This document shows, one piece after another, positions 32,474 through 35,146 of a stretch of 35,146 nt of DNA (positions are counted from its first letter, which is position 1; every line of letters begins with the position of its first letter). Source of the stretch: a virus (taxonomy: Duplodnaviria; Heunggongvirae; Uroviricota; Caudoviricetes); the IMG/VR virus record IMGVR_UViG_2909309443_000004; one strand, written 5' to 3'. The notes below the pieces were generated by a model. The model saw only the letters and a program-made list of their open reading frames with translations. It did no database searches and was not told the DNA's origin. Made by a program: the position numbers and the translations under genes.

Positions 32474-32768
32474 GTTTTTTTTGCTTATCACCAATGCAGT
32501 TATTTGTACTGGCATAGCAATTCGCGTTGTCACATTCCGGCGTAACGGCTCTCAACATCGAAGATGGGGAGGGTGGCTTGCTTATTTCCTTATTGTTGCT
32601 GCGGCCAGTATTCCTGTTCGTGTCGTCTATGCAATCTGGTTACGCACGCCAATGGCTGTGGATTTATCTGAGGTCATTATCAATGCTGTCATGCTTGCCG
32701 CGGTTATTAAAACACGCGGTAACGTTGTTCAGATTTTCAAAATATCGAGGTCTAAACATGGAGATTAA
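32460..32768 (+). CDS. second holin/antiholin-like membrane protein (102 aa)
   Basis: Three hydrophobic helices and a basic C-terminus. The start overlaps the end of the previous gene, and the end overlaps the endolysin start. Confidence 0.6.
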   Translation: MVTHEFFLLITNAVICTGIAIRVVTFRRNGSQHRRWGGWLAYFLIVAAASIPVRVVYAIWLRTPMAVDLSEVIINAVMLAAVIKTRGNVVQIFKISRSKHGD

Positions 32769-33387
32769 ACAATTCCAGCGAGCTGCTGGTATTAGCGAGG
32801 CGCTGGCCGCACGCTGGTTCTCGCATATAACTTCTGCGATGAAAGAGTTTGGTATCAGCAAACCAGAAGATCTGGCAATGTTTATTGCTCAGGTCGGGCA
32901 TGAGTCTGGAGGCTTCACCCGGTTGCAGGAAAATTTCAACTACAGCGTCAGCGGACTGGCTAATTTCGTTCGGGCTGGGCGTCTCACTCAGGGACAGGCC
33001 AACGCATTGGGGCGTCGTGCTGGTGAACCACCATTGCCACTTGAGCGCCAGAGAGCGATCGCCAATCTGGTGTACAGCAAACGCATGGGTAACAATGCCC
33101 CAGGCGATGGATGGAATTACCGTGGGCGCGGACTTATCCAGATTACCGGTTTGAATAACTATCGTGACTGCGGAAACGGCCTGAAAGTGGACCTGCTGGA
33201 GAGTCCTGAACTGCTGGCGCAGGACGAATACGCGGCTCGTAGCGCGGCGTGGTTTTTTGCCAGCAAAGGCTGCATGAAGTATACCGGCGATATTGCACGT
33301 GTAACTCTGATTATCAATGGTGGCCGGAACGGCATTGATGACCGGCGCGCGCGATACATCACTGCCAGTAAGGTGCTGGCGGTATGA
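32758..33387 (+). CDS. endolysin, glycoside hydrolase family 19 type
   Basis: 209 aa from ATG 32758 (GAGG RBS). GH19 signature blocks [18 protein letters not shown] and [15 protein letters not shown]. Confidence 0.88.
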   Translation: MEIKQFQRAAGISEALAARWFSHITSAMKEFGISKPEDLAMFIAQVGHESGGFTRLQENFNYSVSGLANFVRAGRLTQGQANALGRRAGEPPLPLERQRAIANLVYSKRMGNNAPGDGWNYRGRGLIQITGLNNYRDCGNGLKVDLLESPELLAQDEYAARSAAWFFASKGCMKYTGDIARVTLIINGGRNGIDDRRARYITASKVLAV

Positions 33388-33881
33388 TCTGGGCATTCGC
33401 AAAAGCATACTGGAAACAGTTGGTTATCATGGCGATGCTTGCTGTTCTGGTCATATCAGGAGTTGTAGCCTGGAATGCACACGGCAGTCGTCAGTACGAC
33501 GCCGGGTATGCGCAGGCACAGGAAGATCAGAAGCAGGCTGATGATAAGGCCAGGTCACAACGTGATCAGGAGAAAACACAAATTGAACGTGAAGCACAAT
33601 CCCGTATCGATGTGGCGCGTGTTGATGCTGAGCATGCTAATGCCGCTGCTGACAGCCTGCGCGCCGAGCTTGACAAAACCAAGCGACTCGCCGAACACTA
33701 TACCGGATCTTTCCCCACTGGCACGCCAGCCAGCAAGGTCATCGGTGTGCTCGCCGACATGCTTGAAGAAAGCAATCGAGTTTACAACGCAACAGCAGCT
33801 GAGGCTGAAAAGTATCGGATTGCAGGAGAATCCTGCGAACAGCAATACGATTCACTGAGGAAGCAAAAATCGTGGCACTGA
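33384..33881 (+). CDS. Rz: i-spanin (Rz-like)
   Basis: 165 aa with an N-terminal TM helix ([18 protein letters not shown]) and a long coiled-coil periplasmic domain. ATGA overlap with the endolysin stop. Confidence 0.8.
   Translation: MIWAFAKAYWKQLVIMAMLAVLVISGVVAWNAHGSRQYDAGYAQAQEDQKQADDKARSQRDQEKTQIEREAQSRIDVARVDAEHANAAADSLRAELDKTKRLAEHYTGSFPTGTPASKVIGVLADMLEESNRVYNATAAEAEKYRIAGESCEQQYDSLRKQKSWH
33610..33858 (+). CDS. Rz1: o-spanin (Rz1-like lipoprotein) embedded in the +1 frame of Rz
   Basis: [17 protein letters not shown] has the lipobox LTAC. The mature part is Pro-rich. Entirely nested within the Rz gene. Confidence 0.75.
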   Translation: MWRVLMLSMLMPLLTACAPSLTKPSDSPNTIPDLSPLARQPARSSVCSPTCLKKAIEFTTQQQLRLKSIGLQENPANSNTIH

Positions 33882-33968
33882 TTTCCGGTGACGGTATATA
33901 AAACGGTACGGTGAAAATCAGGTTGCAGAAAGTTGTTATCAGTCAATTGGTTATGGTATCCGTAAATA

Positions 33969-33983
33969 ATTGAGTGGGAATGA
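33969..33983 (+). other. attR core: duplicated 3' end of a guaA-type gene
   Basis: ATT GAG TGG GAA TGA = I-E-W-E-stop, the conserved C-terminus of GMP synthase as I remember it (..GKPPATIEWE). The upstream sequence has an in-frame TAA and no guaA-like coding. Confidence 0.6.
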
Positions 33984-34007
33984 TTTGACCCTGCACTATG
34001 AATGAAC

Positions 34008-34037
34008 AAAACCCTCTGTTACTACAGAGGGTTTTTT
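34008..34037. terminator. bidirectional rho-independent terminator (host intergenic)
   Basis: AAAACCCTCTG-TTACTA-CAGAGGGTTTTTT. The A-tract upstream and T-tract downstream let it serve both strands. Confidence 0.75.
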
Positions 34038-34075
34038 ATCTTCAAGAATTATAGGATTGAAGTTACTAACATCGA

Positions 34076-34615
34076 TTAATTAAACCAGCTGTCCGATTTG
34101 TTCTCTTCTGCTTTGCCCACGCTTTTCATCAGATCGCGACCGCCTTCAGTCATATTTCTGTTGGCGTCAGCTTCAGATTGCACCACATCGGTTTGCGCAG
34201 CTTTGTGCTTCAGTTCCTGATCGATAAATTCGTTTTCTCGCTTAACGCGGGCTTCTTCTTTCGCCAGCGCCAGTTTTTGTTTCTGAATCTCTAAGCTGCG
34301 TAGCTCATCTTCATAACTTTGATCGCGTTTTTTGTCCGCAGAGGCTTCGGCGTCCAGTTTATCCTGACGAGCTTTCTTATTTGCCGCTGCCGTTGCCGCT
34401 CTTTTGTTAGCGGCGGCCTGGGCATTTGCGCGACGTTGCTTCTCTTGCTGGATTTCCCTGTTGCGCTCCGCGACCCATTCGTCATGCTGCCTTTGCTCTT
34501 CATTTTTACCTTGCTGTTCCGCTTCTGCGACAGCAGAGAGTTGATCCTGCAATGATGAGGCGATAGCCGGATAGCTTAAGGAGGCTAAGATGGCGCAAAG
34601 AAAAACTTTCTTCAT
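34076..34615 (-). CDS. yfgI: host periplasmic coiled-coil protein, YfgI-like
   Basis: 179 aa with a signal peptide (MKKVFLCAILASLSYPAIA) and a Lys/Glu/Ala/Gln-rich body. I recognise it as E. coli YfgI from memory (length also fits). AGGAGG RBS. Confidence 0.7.
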   Translation of the reverse strand: MKKVFLCAILASLSYPAIASSLQDQLSAVAEAEQQGKNEEQRQHDEWVAERNREIQQEKQRRANAQAAANKRAATAAANKKARQDKLDAEASADKKRDQSYEDELRSLEIQKQKLALAKEEARVKRENEFIDQELKHKAAQTDVVQSEADANRNMTEGGRDLMKSVGKAEENKSDSWFN

Positions 34616-34630
34616 GACTCCTCCTGATTA

Positions 34631-35146
34631 TTAGCTCTTTTCAGGACATTTGGTATTTGGCTGAATACGCGTTTCGTTATACGTCGTGGTAATAACAACG
34701 GCTAAACCTGTCGTAAACTGGCACTCTTTACCCACCTGGGTAGAGGTATACACTTTGGTGCCTTCCTAATAGGTTAAAGAAACACCTTCCACTAAGGTTT
34801 TATCATTCACCATAGAACCCGCTGCCGCGCCTACAGCTCCGCCGCCAACTGCACCTGCCGTCGTTCCGGAATTGCTGCCAGACCCGACGTTGTGGCCGAT
34901 AACACCGCCAGCGACTGCGCCAATAAGCGCGCCGAAGGCTTGTGCGTTCCGTTTATTTTGGGAGTTGTCTACGGCAACTTTTGCGGGAAGAATGGAAATA
35001 ATATTAACGGTTTTAGTTTCTTGTTTGGTATTCAGTTGATCGGTTTGATAAACATCGGCGGCATGATCGTCAGCATTTGACTGGCATCCTGCCAGAGTGA
35101 ATGACGCTAACATTGCTACAGGCAGAAGACATTTTTTAAATTTCAT
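34631..35146 (-). pseudogene. yfgH: host glycine-zipper lipoprotein gene (YfgH-like) with an in-frame TAG
   Basis: Lipobox LAGC and a Gly-zipper (GALIGAVAGGVIGHNVGSG). TAG at 34766-34768. The same frame continues EGTKVYTSTQVGKECQFTTGLAVVITTTYNETRIQPNTKCPEKS to a TAA at 34631-34633. The start ATG is the last 3 nt of the window. Confidence 0.65.

Noticed and set aside
32527-32757. N-terminal 77-codon extension of the endolysin ORF, and similar extensions at 18658-18732, 6217-6279 and 3738-3764.
   Set aside because: The extensions overlap the preceding gene in another frame. Internal ATGs with good RBS or ATGA/TAATG coupling give family-typical N-termini.

Overview
The window is almost entirely one integrated temperate podovirus-type prophage in an Escherichia-type chromosome. 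By gene content and order it resembles epsilon15/SPC32H, judged from memory of those genomes. It runs from a P4-type integrase, whose GTG start is window position 1, to an attR-like junction near 33.97 kb. There the last 15 nt of a guaA-type gene (ATTGAGTGGGAATGA = ..IEWE*) reappear. Two host genes follow on the minus strand: a yfgI-like gene and a yfgH-like lipoprotein gene carrying an in-frame TAG. Layout, left to right: int; a leftward early operon (small ORFs, RecE-like exonuclease, RecT, AlpA-type Xis, PerC-like regulator, MT-A70 methyltransferase, DUF1382-like ORF); a two-HTH repressor / Cro-like switch with a triple operator; a replication module (initiator with internal iterons, lambda-P-like loader); a deletion scar; portal, scaffold and a major capsid gene split by an IS66-family element; tail adaptor/nozzle and three large ejection proteins; a 3.8-kb accessory island; tailspike; holins, GH19 endolysin and nested spanins. 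The prophage looks doubly crippled: no terminase or late regulator occurs anywhere in the window, and the capsid gene is interrupted. Four things stand out. (1) A 17-bp palindrome (ATTACC-N5-GGTAAT) occurs at least 12 times, always intergenic, with paired copies phased in multiples of 31 bp; it links the accessory island to the repressor. (2) A near-consensus LexA box precedes a small antirepressor-like gene. The domain of that gene is duplicated at the C-terminus of a Bro-N protein, which sits in the toxin position behind a DUF1778/TacA-like RHH gene. (3) There is an AT-rich two-gene toxin-antitoxin-like cassette. (4) There is a membrane-anchored protein with two tandem Cys4 zinc ribbons. No tRNA, rRNA or CRISPR array was seen. 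All family assignments are by-eye motif recognition and need HMM/BLAST confirmation.
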